A stretch of 64,000 nucleotides of DNA, from positions 4,043 to 68,042 of the forward strand of contig DAIPXV010000001.1 of the NCBI GenBank assembly GCA_036783095.1, read 5' to 3'. Within the stretch, counting starts at the first letter, position 1; each line of letters begins with the position of its first letter. The notes beneath the pieces are model-generated. The model was not told the origin of the DNA. It worked only from the letters and a program-made list of their open reading frames with translations, and made no database searches. Positions 1 through 9,261 of the stretch are shown here, in pieces. This stretch comes from Candidatus Bipolaricaulota bacterium (lineage in GTDB: Bacteria > Bipolaricaulota > Bipolaricaulia > RBG-16-55-9 > DRXL01). A program made the translations under genes and the position numbers.

Positions 1-224
1 CGCAAGGTTGATGACGGCATCGCAGCCTTCAAAGGCTTGAAGGGGCGGCAGCTCCTGGAGCGGGTTCCACGGGAAAACTTCCTTCAGAGAGGGAACGCGC
101 TGCTTCGCCGCTACAGAATCGCGCGAGAGGGCCCTCACTGTGTGTCCTGCTTGGTGGAGCATCTCACACAGACGACGGCCCACAAATCCAGTGGCTCCTG
201 TTATGAGAATATTCATAGAAGGGG

Positions 225-299
225 TGGTAGGCCGTGCAGGGATCGAACCTGCGACCCCCTGCTTAAAAGGCAGGTGCTCTACCACTGAGCTAACGGCCC
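225..299 (-). tRNA. tRNA-Lys (anticodon UUU), CCA encoded
   Basis: Reverse complement GGGCCGTTAGCTCAGTGGTAGAGCACCTGCCTTTTAAGCAGGGGGTCGCAGGTTCGATCCCTGCACGGCCTACCA folds as a cloverleaf: 7-bp acceptor stem, anticodon loop cuUUUaa, T-loop GGTTCGATCC. Confidence 0.85.
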
Positions 300-347
300 G
301 AAGAGATTTTACCCAGCGGACTTGGCTCTGTCAAACTGAACAATAGG

Positions 348-412
348 CCCTCACCCCGGCTTCGCCACCCCTCTCCCGTAGCTCACCTACGGGAGAGGGG
401 CATGGGGTGAGG
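348..412. repeat. Nested palindromic repeat element, copy A (ccctcacccc...cccctctcccgt..acgggagagggg..ggggtgagg)
   Basis: Outer inverted repeat CCCTCACCCC/GGGGTGAGG and inner inverted repeat CCCCTCTCCCGT/ACGGGAGAGGGG. A near-identical copy lies at 58958-59024. Confidence 0.8.
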
Positions 413-430
413 CCCCTTCCTGCTTCGAGT

Positions 431-459
431 TTGTACTAATCTCATGAAAATGATAGAAT
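431..459 (+). promoter_or_regulatory. Candidate sigma70-type promoter for the M16 peptidase gene (TTTGTA, 17-18 nt spacer, TGaTAGAAT extended -10)
   Basis: A TGn-TAGAAT box sits ~20 nt upstream of the RBS AAGGAGG and the ATG at 479. Confidence 0.35.
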
Positions 460-478
460 GCTGTCAAAGGAGGTTGAC

Positions 479-3028
479 ATGAAGCGCTTTGTTCTGGTGG
501 GAGCGCTCTTAATAGCGTTTGCCCTGTGGCCATCGCTGAGCTCTGCTCAGCCGGACGTTCATGCTTTCACGCTCGAAAACGGCTTAACAGTCCTGCTCGT
601 CCCCAAGCCCGGCACCGGCATCACTGCTGTAGACATCTGGGTCAACGTAGGGAGCCTCAACGAAACGCGAGAGATCTCAGGCATCTCGCATTTTTTTGAG
701 CATATGCTCTTCAAGGGCACTGAAAAGCGCCCCGGCGGCATTGACAAAGAGGTCGAAGCCCTCGGCGGGCGCACCAACGCCGCTACATCTTATGACTTCA
801 CTCATTACTATATTATTTTGCCCAGCGAGCACGCCGAGCTCGCTCTCGATATCATCGCGGACATTACTCAGAACGCGAGCTTCCCTGAAGAGGAGATCGC
901 GCGCGAGAAGGAGGTCGTCCTGCGCGAGCAGCAGCAACGATCCGATGATCCCACCTCGTTTGCGTTCTTCACCATGCGCCAAGATTTCTACACTGTGCAC
1001 CCGTATAAGCTGCCCATCATCGGGTTTGCTGATAGCTTAGAGAAACTCACTCGCGAGGACTTCCTCAATTGGATGAAGACATACTATGTCCCCAACAATA
1101 TGACGCTTGTCGTCGCTGGGGATATCGAGAGAGAAAAGACGCTTCAGATCGTCAAAGAGAAGTTTGGGGCGATGCCGCGCAAGGAGATCCCCGCTCAGAC
1201 CTATCCCAAGGAGCCCGCTCGCGCCCAAAAGACTGTCAAAGAGATCCGACGCGACGTCAGCCAAGGATATCTCATCTTCGCCTGGCCCGGCCCATCCATC
1301 AAAGAACCCCAAGACGTCTACGCTATGGACGTCTTGATCACGGCGCTCTCTGAGGGCCGCAGCTCGCGATTCTACAAGAAACTCAAGAAAGAGCGCGGCT
1401 TAGTGACAACGATAGACGCGAGCTACTTCACCCAGAAGGAGCCAGGGATTTTCAATATTTATGCTGAATTCCCCTATGAGAACCGGGTGGCCGTCGAGCA
1501 AGCGATTCTGTCCGAGCTCAAAGAGATTCTCGATGGCAAGCTGAGTGCTGAAGAGATCGAGCGCGCCAAGAGGGTCCTGCTCGCTCGCGAAGCCCTGCAG
1601 GCTGAGACCGCCGCGGGGTTCGCCGGGACGCTAGGTTTCTATTCGGTTGTCGCTGGGGACTATCAGTTTGCGCTGACGTATCCCCAAAAGATTCGGGCGG
1701 TCACTGTCGAAGATGTCTTAGCCGTCGCACGAAAATATATCAATCTTGATCTGTACTATGAGCTGGTGCTCATCCCCGAGAGCGCGCCAGAGCAGCCAAC
1801 GGCTGAGGAACTGATCACGCTGCCCAACGGGCTAAAGCTCATCTTGCGAGAGGATCCTAAAGCGGAGACGGTCGCATTGCAGGCGTTTGTGGGGACGGGA
1901 GCGCGCGCGGAGCCCCCGGACTTAGCAGGGATCGCCGAGCTGACTTCGCGATTGCTCCTGCGCGGCACGACCACGCGCTCCGAAGAAGAGATCTTCACGG
2001 AGCTCGAAGATCTCGGGGCCCAGCTCAGCCAAGATATCTTAGCGGACATGGCCTACGTGACCCTCGTCACGCCCAAAGAGACGTGGGAGCGCGCCCTGCC
2101 CATCTATCTTGATGTGCTGCTCAATCCCGCGTTCGCTCCCGACGAAGTCGAGCGCGCCAAGACCGAATTTATTAGAGAGATTCGCGCCCAGGCCGATCAG
2201 AATTTTTCGATCATCTACGAGAACTTTCAAAAAGCCCTCTATGGGGATCACCCCTACGGGCACTTTCCCATCCCAGAGAGCGTCGCGCGCATCTCGCGCG
2301 AGGATATCGTGCAGTTCTACAAAAAATACTACGTGCCCAACAATATGACTCTCGTGGCGGTGGGGGCGTTTGATCGAGCGCTCGTGGAAGCGCTGCTGCG
2401 CGCCAAGCTCCAAGATCTGCCCAAGGGCGGGGAGGATCTGCCCCTTAAGCCACAACCAATCGCGCTCAAGCTCACAGAGCCCAAGCGTGTAGAAGCGACT
2501 AAGCGCTCGAACTTGACGTGGCTGATCGTGGGGTACGCGGCTCCGCCTGTAGCTAGTCCAGACTACCCGGCTATGAAAGTACTGAACGCGATCTTGGGCG
2601 GCGGGATGAGCTCGCGCTTGTTTAGTGAGCTGCGCGACAAGCGCGGGTTAGCGTACTCCACGGGCTCGTTCTACCCCTCGCGCGCTGAGGAGAGCCATCT
2701 CGTCACGTATATCATCGCGCTCCCGGACAACGCGGAGACAGCTCGCCAAGGGATTTTAGATATTATCAAAGAGATCCAAGAGCGCGGTGTTCCCCAAGAG
2801 GAGCTCGAACGCGCTCAAAGCTACGTCATTGGCAACTATCGCATCGAGCACGAGACGACGGAACGCCGTGCTTGGTATCTGGGCTGGTACGAGACGCTCG
2901 GCGTGGGCTACCAGATGGACGCGCGCTACCCTGAGCTCATTCAAACTGTGACCGTTGAAGATATTCAGCGCGTCGCTCAAAAATATCTGCAATACTTTGT
3001 GCTCTCGGTGTTGGGGCCAGGGTCTTAA
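479..3028 (+). CDS. Secreted tandem M16-family zinc metallopeptidase (pitrilysin/insulinase-like; two M16 units in one chain)
   Basis: HFFEHMLFKG (HxxEH zinc motif) with a downstream E-rich region in the N-terminal unit. N-terminal signal peptide. Second M16-like unit lacks HxxEH. RBS AAGGAGG 5 nt before the ATG at 479 (the track's alternative start is 458). Confidence 0.8.
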   Translation: MKRFVLVGALLIAFALWPSLSSAQPDVHAFTLENGLTVLLVPKPGTGITAVDIWVNVGSLNETREISGISHFFEHMLFKGTEKRPGGIDKEVEALGGRTNAATSYDFTHYYIILPSEHAELALDIIADITQNASFPEEEIAREKEVVLREQQQRSDDPTSFAFFTMRQDFYTVHPYKLPIIGFADSLEKLTREDFLNWMKTYYVPNNMTLVVAGDIEREKTLQIVKEKFGAMPRKEIPAQTYPKEPARAQKTVKEIRRDVSQGYLIFAWPGPSIKEPQDVYAMDVLITALSEGRSSRFYKKLKKERGLVTTIDASYFTQKEPGIFNIYAEFPYENRVAVEQAILSELKEILDGKLSAEEIERAKRVLLAREALQAETAAGFAGTLGFYSVVAGDYQFALTYPQKIRAVTVEDVLAVARKYINLDLYYELVLIPESAPEQPTAEELITLPNGLKLILREDPKAETVALQAFVGTGARAEPPDLAGIAELTSRLLLRGTTTRSEEEIFTELEDLGAQLSQDILADMAYVTLVTPKETWERALPIYLDVLLNPAFAPDEVERAKTEFIREIRAQADQNFSIIYENFQKALYGDHPYGHFPIPESVARISREDIVQFYKKYYVPNNMTLVAVGAFDRALVEALLRAKLQDLPKGGEDLPLKPQPIALKLTEPKRVEATKRSNLTWLIVGYAAPPVASPDYPAMKVLNAILGGGMSSRLFSELRDKRGLAYSTGSFYPSRAEESHLVTYIIALPDNAETARQGILDIIKEIQERGVPQEELERAQSYVIGNYRIEHETTERRAWYLGWYETLGVGYQMDARYPELIQTVTVEDIQRVAQKYLQYFVLSVLGPGS

Positions 3029-3444
3029 GGACGATAGACCTTGAGCTTCAGGCCTCTAATAGCGCGGTAGTGGCGTTCGTTAGCGGTGGCAAGCTGGAAA
3101 CCGCGCACTAACGCTGTAGCAGCGATGAGGGCATCCGCGAGTCGCAAGCCTTCTGTAAGAGCATGACGTTCCACAAGACGGATCGCTTGATGGGTGATCT
3201 CTTCTGTCAATGGGACGACTTCGGAGAAATTTTTCTTGATGTACCGGCGGATTGTGTGTAGCTCTCTGTTGTTAGCAGCTCCTTGCAGGAGTTCCATGTA
3301 AGCAATAGCAGAAACTTTCCTTAGGATCAGAGGGCATGAGCGAATAAATCTCTCAGCTTGTTCACTTCCGTGAAAACGCTCTATCAGGACGTCCGAGTCG
3401 AAGAGGACTGCTTGTAGCGGGGCTGGCGAATTCTGTCGAGCCAT
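3025..3444 (-). CDS. vapC: PIN-domain toxin VapC (start uncertain; overlaps upstream antitoxin)
   Basis: LFDSDVLIE near the N-terminus and LADALIAATAL..TANERHY, the acidic PIN residues. Follows an antitoxin gene. Confidence 0.7.
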   Translation of the reverse strand: MARQNSPAPLQAVLFDSDVLIERFHGSEQAERFIRSCPLILRKVSAIAYMELLQGAANNRELHTIRRYIKKNFSEVVPLTEEITHQAIRLVERHALTEGLRLADALIAATALVRGFQLATANERHYRAIRGLKLKVYRP

Positions 3445-3647
3445 GCCTGCACATCCTTCATATCTTTGCGGTCCCTCCACATGCCAAAACCAATAGGGTC
3501 ATAATCGCAAGGAACACTCTCTATGGGTAGAATGATGGCTACGGCCCTGCCACGCAGCGTTACTGTGACATGCTCGCCGGCACTCACGCGCTTAAGGATG
3601 CGCCCCATCTCAGAGCGCAGCTGCTTTGTTGTCACTGTGATGGCCAT
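3384..3647 (-). CDS. Phd/YefM-family antitoxin
   Basis: MAITVTTKQLRSEMGRILKRVSAGEHVTVTLRGRAVAIILP resembles the Phd/YefM N-terminal fold. Small protein immediately upstream of the PIN toxin. Confidence 0.65.
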   Translation of the reverse strand: MAITVTTKQLRSEMGRILKRVSAGEHVTVTLRGRAVAIILPIESVPCDYDPIGFGMWRDRKDMKDVQAWLDRIRQPRYKQSSSTRTS

Positions 3648-3716
3648 AGGCTTCTTACCCTAAATGAGTACTAAGTCAGTATACAAGAGGAGGGAAACAC
3701 TGTCAATGAGGGCTCT

Positions 3717-4280
3717 CTACGGATTTCTCGGCGTGAGCGCCGGCTCCAGCCAGCTGATCTTCTTCAGCTCAGTTTCAATCTGGAGCACGCGCTCGCGATG
3801 GGCTAAGATCCGTTGGAGCACACCGCGCAGCAAGGGCTGCACTGTCTCTTTTGGGCTATGCTGAAGCAACCCTAGGGCCTGGGCAGCCTTTGTCTTGATG
3901 CCTCGAACTTCTTTGAAGAGGGCGTCCAAGAGTTGGCAGAGCTGCTCGTGATCTGCCCTATCAGCTTCGCTGGGTTTGAGCCGCCGACAGATCCGTCCCC
4001 AGTAGTCCCCGAGGAGATTTTCATATTGCTCTGTGATGTCATAGACGTACGAAAAATTCTCCCCGCGGGTGCAGAGCTCTTCGTCGCGGCAATCGAGGTC
4101 CGCTCGTAGCCCGCGCAGTATAAACCCTAGACCCGGATCGAGCCCGCCGCGCCCACGCAAGATCTCTAAAACTTTTGCTCGATAGGCTTCCGACGAGGGC
4201 GCTTGTGCCTGCCACGCCCACCACCCCACAACCCCAGCTATTATTACTACACCAAGCACTACCCAGACCCACGTTCTCAT
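3717..4280 (-). CDS. Hypothetical N-terminally membrane-anchored protein
   Basis: MRTWVWVVLGVVIIAGVVGWWAW is a TM helix followed by a ~160-aa soluble domain without a recognisable motif. Sits between two TA pairs. Confidence 0.5.
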   Translation of the reverse strand: MRTWVWVVLGVVIIAGVVGWWAWQAQAPSSEAYRAKVLEILRGRGGLDPGLGFILRGLRADLDCRDEELCTRGENFSYVYDITEQYENLLGDYWGRICRRLKPSEADRADHEQLCQLLDALFKEVRGIKTKAAQALGLLQHSPKETVQPLLRGVLQRILAHRERVLQIETELKKISWLEPALTPRNP

Positions 4281-4359
4281 AATATTAGTTTGCCTAAAGC
4301 AGTTGGACAAGTCAAGCCGGTCCCTGCTCGCTCCAAGAGGTCGCTCCCAGGAGGAAGTG

Positions 4360-4617
4360 CTAGATTAGCTTTAATCTCTTAAGGTCTTCTTTGGTCCAAC
4401 CTATGGCTTTCAGGACACTCGTGAGGGTGCCAGGAGGTAAGGTGTCGCTGCCTCGATGATAGTGAATCACTACTATTCGGCCATCGGGGTGAGCATAGAT
4501 ATGGCTTCTTCTCTGGGTTCTGCGCTTCAAGACAAACCCTTCCCGTTCGAGGGCCTTGATGAATTCTCGAACGGGAGTGTTACGCAATAAGTGGATCAGG
4601 GACCCCTCTTGGCTCAT
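4360..4617 (-). CDS. hicA: HicA-family mRNA interferase toxin
   Basis: REFIKALEREGFVLKRRTQRRSHIYAHPDGRIVVIHYHRGSDTLPPGTLTSVLKAIG is the HicA/YcfA signature. Confidence 0.75.
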   Translation of the reverse strand: MSQEGSLIHLLRNTPVREFIKALEREGFVLKRRTQRRSHIYAHPDGRIVVIHYHRGSDTLPPGTLTSVLKAIGWTKEDLKRLKLI

Positions 4618-4850
4618 ATGCTGACGGCAATGGCGTGTTCAGGAATGATAAGCACCTTCTTTTCAAGAGGGGCGACCTTCCCTTGTTCTGCAAGCACTTC
4701 GAGGTAGGCTTTCGCTGCCTCTTTGAGGCTCTCTAAAGCCTCTTCTTTGGTGTAGCCCCAGGTAGCACATCCCGGCAAGACGGGGATACTAGCCGACCAG
4801 CGGCCGTCTTCTTCCTGCTTCATGTCTACCTTGAACACGTAGGTCTTCAT
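4614..4850 (-). CDS. hicB: HicB-family antitoxin
   Basis: MKTYVFKVDMKQEEDGRWSASIPVLPGCATWGYTKEEALESLKEAAKAYLE resembles the HicB/UPF0150 N-domain. 4-nt ATGA overlap with hicA. Confidence 0.7.
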   Translation of the reverse strand: MKTYVFKVDMKQEEDGRWSASIPVLPGCATWGYTKEEALESLKEAAKAYLEVLAEQGKVAPLEKKVLIIPEHAIAVSI

Positions 4851-4944
4851 GACTCGATTCAGTATAGCGTACCTGGAAATGAGCTGTCAACTGATTGGGG
4901 TCCTCGCTCCAGACTCCTACGGAGCCGTTACGATCCCCCAGGGC

Positions 4945-4982
4945 TTGACAACTCCCGCCCATCGGGTGTAATATATATTACA
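4945..4982 (+). promoter_or_regulatory. sigma70-like promoter TTGACA, 18 nt spacer, TAATAT, overlapped by a perfect 16-bp palindrome TGTAATATATATTACA (candidate operator)
   Basis: Consensus -35 at 4945-4950, -10 at 4969-4974, palindrome at 4967-4982. Lies ~130 nt upstream of the ABC substrate-binding gene at 5110. Confidence 0.5.
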
Positions 4983-5109
4983 TCCAAAAAGTCAGCGTTC
5001 GGGGTAGCTCACGCGCTGAGCTGATAAGGAGGTGGTCGCCGAGCCTTGGTCAACACAGCACCTCTGTCCCAAAGCATCCCAAAACTCTCTCTTATAAGGA
5101 GGTAGCAGC

Positions 5110-6948
5110 ATGAAAGCAGTGTGGCGATGGGGAGCTTTAGCAGCAGTCTTGTTGCTGGTCTTCGGCGTAACGAGCGGGTTGGCCCAGATTAAGAATCCAG
5201 ACACGTATATTTACGGTTCCATCGGTGACTTGGAGACCCTCGACCCGGCATGGCACTATGACACTTCCTCCGCCACGGCGATCTTCAATATGTACGACTC
5301 GCTCATCTTCTACAAGCGCGAGAAGATTGACGAGTTCGAGCCGGCCCTCGCTGAGTCCTGGACTGTCTCTCCCGATGGCAAGACGTATACTTTCAAGATC
5401 CGCAAGGGTGTCAAGTTCCACGAGGGTGGCGACCTCTCTCCTGATGATGTTGCCTACAGCTTGCAGCGTGGCTTACTACAAGATCGCTCCGGCGGCCCTC
5501 AGTGGATGTTGCTTGACCCCATCATGGGCGTCAGCTCCATTGACGAGCTGGCCAAGTCTGTCGGTGATGTCAAGGCCTGCGAGATGGTCAAGGAGGCCAT
5601 CTCCGTCCAAGGGGATAGCGTTGTTATCAAGCTAAAGATCCCCTTCTCGCCCTTACTCCAGATCCTCGCCGGCAGCTGGGGCGCGGTACTGGACAAGGAA
5701 TGGATGATCGCCAATGGCGACTGGGACGGTAAGTGCGACACCTGGCGCAAGTGGTGGGATCCTGCTGCCGAGAAGTCCACGATCTTCAACAAGGCCAATG
5801 GCACTGGCCCCTACAAGCTGGAGAAGTGGACTCCTGGCGAAGAGATCCGCTACACCCGCTTTGATGGGCACTGGCGCGGCAAGGCTCCGTTGGCTAAGGT
5901 CGTTTACAAAGTGATCCCGGAGTGGGGCACGCGCTTGGCCGCCTTCCAAGCGGGCGACTTGGACAGCATGGACGTGCCGCGGGCGTTCGTGGCCCAGATG
6001 GACCCATTGGTGCAGCAGGGCAAGGCCGTGATGTACAAGGACCTGCCCACCAATACGGCTCAGGACGCGTTCTTTAACTTCAAGGTTGCGGCGGAGAGCC
6101 CGTTCATCCCGCTGCTGGGCCGCGATAGGAAGCCCGAGCTCTTTAGCGACATCCACATGCGCAAGGCGTTCAACTACTGCTTCGACACCGACACTTACAT
6201 TAAAGAGGCGTGGTTGGGCGAGGCCAAGAAGCGCCGCGGGCCGATCCCCTCGGGCTTGCTGGGCTACAACCCCGAGCAGCCAGTCTACGAGTTCAGCCTG
6301 GAGAAGTGCGAGGCTGAGCTGAAGCTCGCTTGGGGCGGAACGGCGGACAAGCCTGGCCCAGTGTGGGAGCAGGGCTTCCAGGTGACGCTCACGTATAACA
6401 CGGGCAACGCGCAGCGCAAGATCGCTGCAGAGTTGCTGGAGAAGAACCTCGAATCGTTCAACGCCAAGCGCGGCCGCGCGCCCTCGATCAACGTCAACGT
6501 GCTCGATATGCCCTGGCCCTCTTACTTGAAGGCCATGGATGCCGAGCAGTTGGCGGTCTGGTGGATCGGCTGGCTGGAGGACTACCATCATCCTCATGAC
6601 TGGGTCCAGCCGTACTTACACAGCCGCGGAGCGTTCGGTGGCTTCCAGCAGTTCGAGGTCATCAAGGATGTGGACTTCAAGCCCACCTACGCGACCTTCT
6701 TGCCGGCGAAGAAGTACCCCAATCTCCAAGAGCTTTTCGACGACCTGATCGAGAAGGCTCTGCTGGAGACAAACGTCAAGAACCAGGAGAAGATTTACTT
6801 CGACATCCAGAAGCTCGCTATGGACTGGGCAGTGGACATCTTCCAAGCGGAGCTTCTGGGGCGGCGCTACTTCCAGCCCTGGGTCAAGGGATGGTATCAC
6901 AACCCGGCGTATCCTGGGGACTGGTGGTTCGTGCTGTCCAAAGGGTGA
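5110..6948 (+). CDS. ABC transporter substrate-binding protein, family 5 (oligopeptide/dipeptide/nickel type)
   Basis: Signal peptide, size (612 aa) and overall SBP_bac_5-like sequence. Followed by two family-5 permease genes. Confidence 0.8.
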   Translation: MKAVWRWGALAAVLLLVFGVTSGLAQIKNPDTYIYGSIGDLETLDPAWHYDTSSATAIFNMYDSLIFYKREKIDEFEPALAESWTVSPDGKTYTFKIRKGVKFHEGGDLSPDDVAYSLQRGLLQDRSGGPQWMLLDPIMGVSSIDELAKSVGDVKACEMVKEAISVQGDSVVIKLKIPFSPLLQILAGSWGAVLDKEWMIANGDWDGKCDTWRKWWDPAAEKSTIFNKANGTGPYKLEKWTPGEEIRYTRFDGHWRGKAPLAKVVYKVIPEWGTRLAAFQAGDLDSMDVPRAFVAQMDPLVQQGKAVMYKDLPTNTAQDAFFNFKVAAESPFIPLLGRDRKPELFSDIHMRKAFNYCFDTDTYIKEAWLGEAKKRRGPIPSGLLGYNPEQPVYEFSLEKCEAELKLAWGGTADKPGPVWEQGFQVTLTYNTGNAQRKIAAELLEKNLESFNAKRGRAPSINVNVLDMPWPSYLKAMDAEQLAVWWIGWLEDYHHPHDWVQPYLHSRGAFGGFQQFEVIKDVDFKPTYATFLPAKKYPNLQELFDDLIEKALLETNVKNQEKIYFDIQKLAMDWAVDIFQAELLGRRYFQPWVKGWYHNPAYPGDWWFVLSKG

Positions 6949-6968
6949 TCGGACAGTGCAACTCCTTC

Positions 6969-7016
6969 GGCAAGGGCTGGGGGGGACCCCAGCCCTTGCT
7001 ATCCTTCTTTTTTTAC
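6969..7016 (+). terminator. Intrinsic terminator/attenuator between the SBP and permease genes
   Basis: Hairpin GGCAAGGGCTGGGG/CCCCAGCCCTTGC followed by CTTCTTTTTTTAC. Confidence 0.6.
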
Positions 7017-7035
7017 GTTATTATAATAGAGCTGC

Positions 7036-8100
7036 ATGATTGCTTATATTGTGCGCAGACTGATGCTCCTGCCCGTGCTCGCCTTTGGAGTTACGCTCTT
7101 TGTCTTCAGTATGTATGCGATGCTTGGCCCCGTAGAGCGCGCGAGCCTCTACGTGCGAGACATCCCCAAGACAAAGGATGCCCTGGATCGCATCATCAAA
7201 AAATACTGCCTCGATTGCCCCATCTATGTGCAATACTGGAATTGGCTTGTCGGGGTACGCAATCCTGACACCGGCGAGCTTGAGGGCGGAGTGCTACGCG
7301 GCCAGTTAGGCTGGTCGAAGACCGCTCAGCGCCCTGTCCTGGATGCCTTGCTCTATTATCTGCCCGCAACCGCCGAGCTCGTCCTGTGGTGCGCTATTCC
7401 CGTGCTGCTGATCGGCATCTGGCTTGGGGTCAAAGCCGCTGTCTATCAGAACACGTTTATTGACCATGTGGCGCGCGTCTTTGCCATCGTCGGCTGGTCC
7501 TTCCCTACGTTTGTCTTCGGCTTGCTCGCATTGATGATCTTCTATGCGAAGCTCCCCTGGCTGCCTGCCGGGCGCCTCTCCGAATGGGCCATCCAAGAGA
7601 TCATCTCTGGGAATATCGTTCAGTATACACGAATGAATACGATCGATGGGTTGCTCAACGGCCGGCTCGATTTCTTCTGGGATGCTTTACGACACTTGAT
7701 TCTCCCAGTGATCACGCTCTCGTATCTGAGCTGGGCCTTAATTTTGAGGGTGATGCGCTCCAGCATGCTGGAGACGCTCCGGCAGGAGTACGTCACCGTC
7801 GCGCGCGCCAAGGGGCTCCCGGAGAAAGAAGTCATCAACAAGCACGCCAAGCGCAATGCCCTCATCCCCGTTGCAACCATCGGCGGTTTGACGATCATTG
7901 GCTTCCTTAACGGCGTTGTCATCACTGAGACGGTCTTTAACTACCGTGGCCTTGGATATTGGACGGCCGATGCTGCCCTGCATTTGGACATCATTACAGT
8001 GCTGGGGCTCTCGCTCTTCCACGGGGTTCTCTTAATTATTGGGAACTTGATCGTGGACTTAATCTATGTGGCAATTGACCCGCGGGTGAGGCTAGAATGA
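7036..8100 (+). CDS. ABC permease (DppB/OppB-like)
   Basis: Six-TM permease with the EAA-like region MRSSMLETLRQEYVTVARAKGL. Confidence 0.8.
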   Translation: MIAYIVRRLMLLPVLAFGVTLFVFSMYAMLGPVERASLYVRDIPKTKDALDRIIKKYCLDCPIYVQYWNWLVGVRNPDTGELEGGVLRGQLGWSKTAQRPVLDALLYYLPATAELVLWCAIPVLLIGIWLGVKAAVYQNTFIDHVARVFAIVGWSFPTFVFGLLALMIFYAKLPWLPAGRLSEWAIQEIISGNIVQYTRMNTIDGLLNGRLDFFWDALRHLILPVITLSYLSWALILRVMRSSMLETLRQEYVTVARAKGLPEKEVINKHAKRNALIPVATIGGLTIIGFLNGVVITETVFNYRGLGYWTADAALHLDIITVLGLSLFHGVLLIIGNLIVDLIYVAIDPRVRLE

Positions 8101-9047
8101 AGACCCTGCAAAAGCTCTTTAGGAATCCTTTGTCGCTGACGGGCATCGTTCTTGTAGCATTCTTTGCGCTTGTTGCTATCTTCGCACCGTGGTTGGCTCC
8201 TCCAGATCCGCCCGCAGCACGCCCTGACGATCCTTATCGCATCGCTCAGTGTGGCTATCTGCCAACCCCTCGACCGCCAACCAATGCTAATCCTTTAGAA
8301 GATATAATAAAAATTGTGACCCGCCAGGCGAAGATCTGCGAGGTCAACCCCTTTGGAACCACAGAAAACCAGTATGATATCTACTATGGAGTGGTCTGGG
8401 GCACGCGCATCGCTTTCTTTGTCGGGCTGGTCATCACCGCGGCGAACGTCTTAATCGGGTTGTTCATTGGGTCGCTGAGCGCGTACTACGGGAAATGGTT
8501 TGACGAACTGATGATGCGCATCACCGACGTGTTTTTGGCATTCCCGTTCTTGGTTGCGGCCGTGACGATGGCCGCGGTGCTGCGGGCCAAGTTCGGCTCC
8601 AGCGGGGGATTAATGATCGGGGTGATCGCGCTGATCGTCTTTGGCTGGATGGGCTATGCCCGGCTCATCCGTGGGGATATCCTCTCGATCCGCGAGCGCG
8701 AGTACGTGCTCGCCGCTCGAGCCATCGGAGCGAGGGACGGGCGCATCCTGCTCAAACACATCTTGCCCAATGCGATCTTTCCCACGTTAGTTGTCGCTTC
8801 CATGGACATTGGATCATATGTGCTCAGCTTCGCGGCGTTGAGCTTTCTAGGATTAGGAGCGGAGATTGGTTTTGCTGACTGGGGCCAGATGATCTCCTTC
8901 GCCCGCAATTGGATCATCAACCTCGATCAGTATTGGTACATCGTCTTCTGGCCGGGCATGGCCATTCTGTTCTTCGTGCTGGGCTGGAACTTGATCGGCG
9001 ACGCCTTCAGAGATATCCTCGATCCGCGCTTGAGAGGCCGCGTCTGA
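8097..9047 (+). CDS. ABC permease (DppC/OppC-like)
   Basis: Permease with SIREREYVLAARAIGA (EAA loop). 4-nt overlap with the previous permease. No ATPase genes follow. Confidence 0.8.
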   Translation: MKTLQKLFRNPLSLTGIVLVAFFALVAIFAPWLAPPDPPAARPDDPYRIAQCGYLPTPRPPTNANPLEDIIKIVTRQAKICEVNPFGTTENQYDIYYGVVWGTRIAFFVGLVITAANVLIGLFIGSLSAYYGKWFDELMMRITDVFLAFPFLVAAVTMAAVLRAKFGSSGGLMIGVIALIVFGWMGYARLIRGDILSIREREYVLAARAIGARDGRILLKHILPNAIFPTLVVASMDIGSYVLSFAALSFLGLGAEIGFADWGQMISFARNWIINLDQYWYIVFWPGMAILFFVLGWNLIGDAFRDILDPRLRGRV

Positions 9048-9048
9048 T

Positions 9049-9246
9049 CTATTCTTTCTCTTCCTCGAGAGCGATGATCTCCATCCCCTTGTAATACCCA
9101 CAATTGAGACAAACGCGATGGGGAAGCTTAGGCTCATGACAGCGCGGGCATTCGTTGATCGTGACCGGAGTAAATCTATAGCTTGCTGCCCGATGCATCC
9201 GTTTCTGCGAACTTGATCGCCTGTACTTTGGTTGTCCCTGACCCAT
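9049..9246 (-). CDS. rpmF: 50S ribosomal protein L32 (zinc-ribbon form)
   Basis: KYRRSSSQKRMHRAA...CPRCHEPKLPHRVCLNCGYYKG. Confidence 0.8.
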   Translation of the reverse strand: MGQGQPKYRRSSSQKRMHRAASYRFTPVTINECPRCHEPKLPHRVCLNCGYYKGMEIIALEEEKE

Positions 9247-9261
9247 AATCACAACTCCTAA

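Noticed and set aside
37-346. Two small plus-strand ORFs (83 and 68 aa) at the window start
   Set aside because: They overlap the tRNA-Lys gene and the flanking repeat and have no protein-like features. They are ORFs by chance in GC-rich sequence.
5653-6597. 314-aa minus-strand ORF
   Set aside because: It lies entirely antisense to the well-supported SBP gene. It is a typical high-GC shadow ORF with Arg/Ala/Leu-rich, low-complexity translation.
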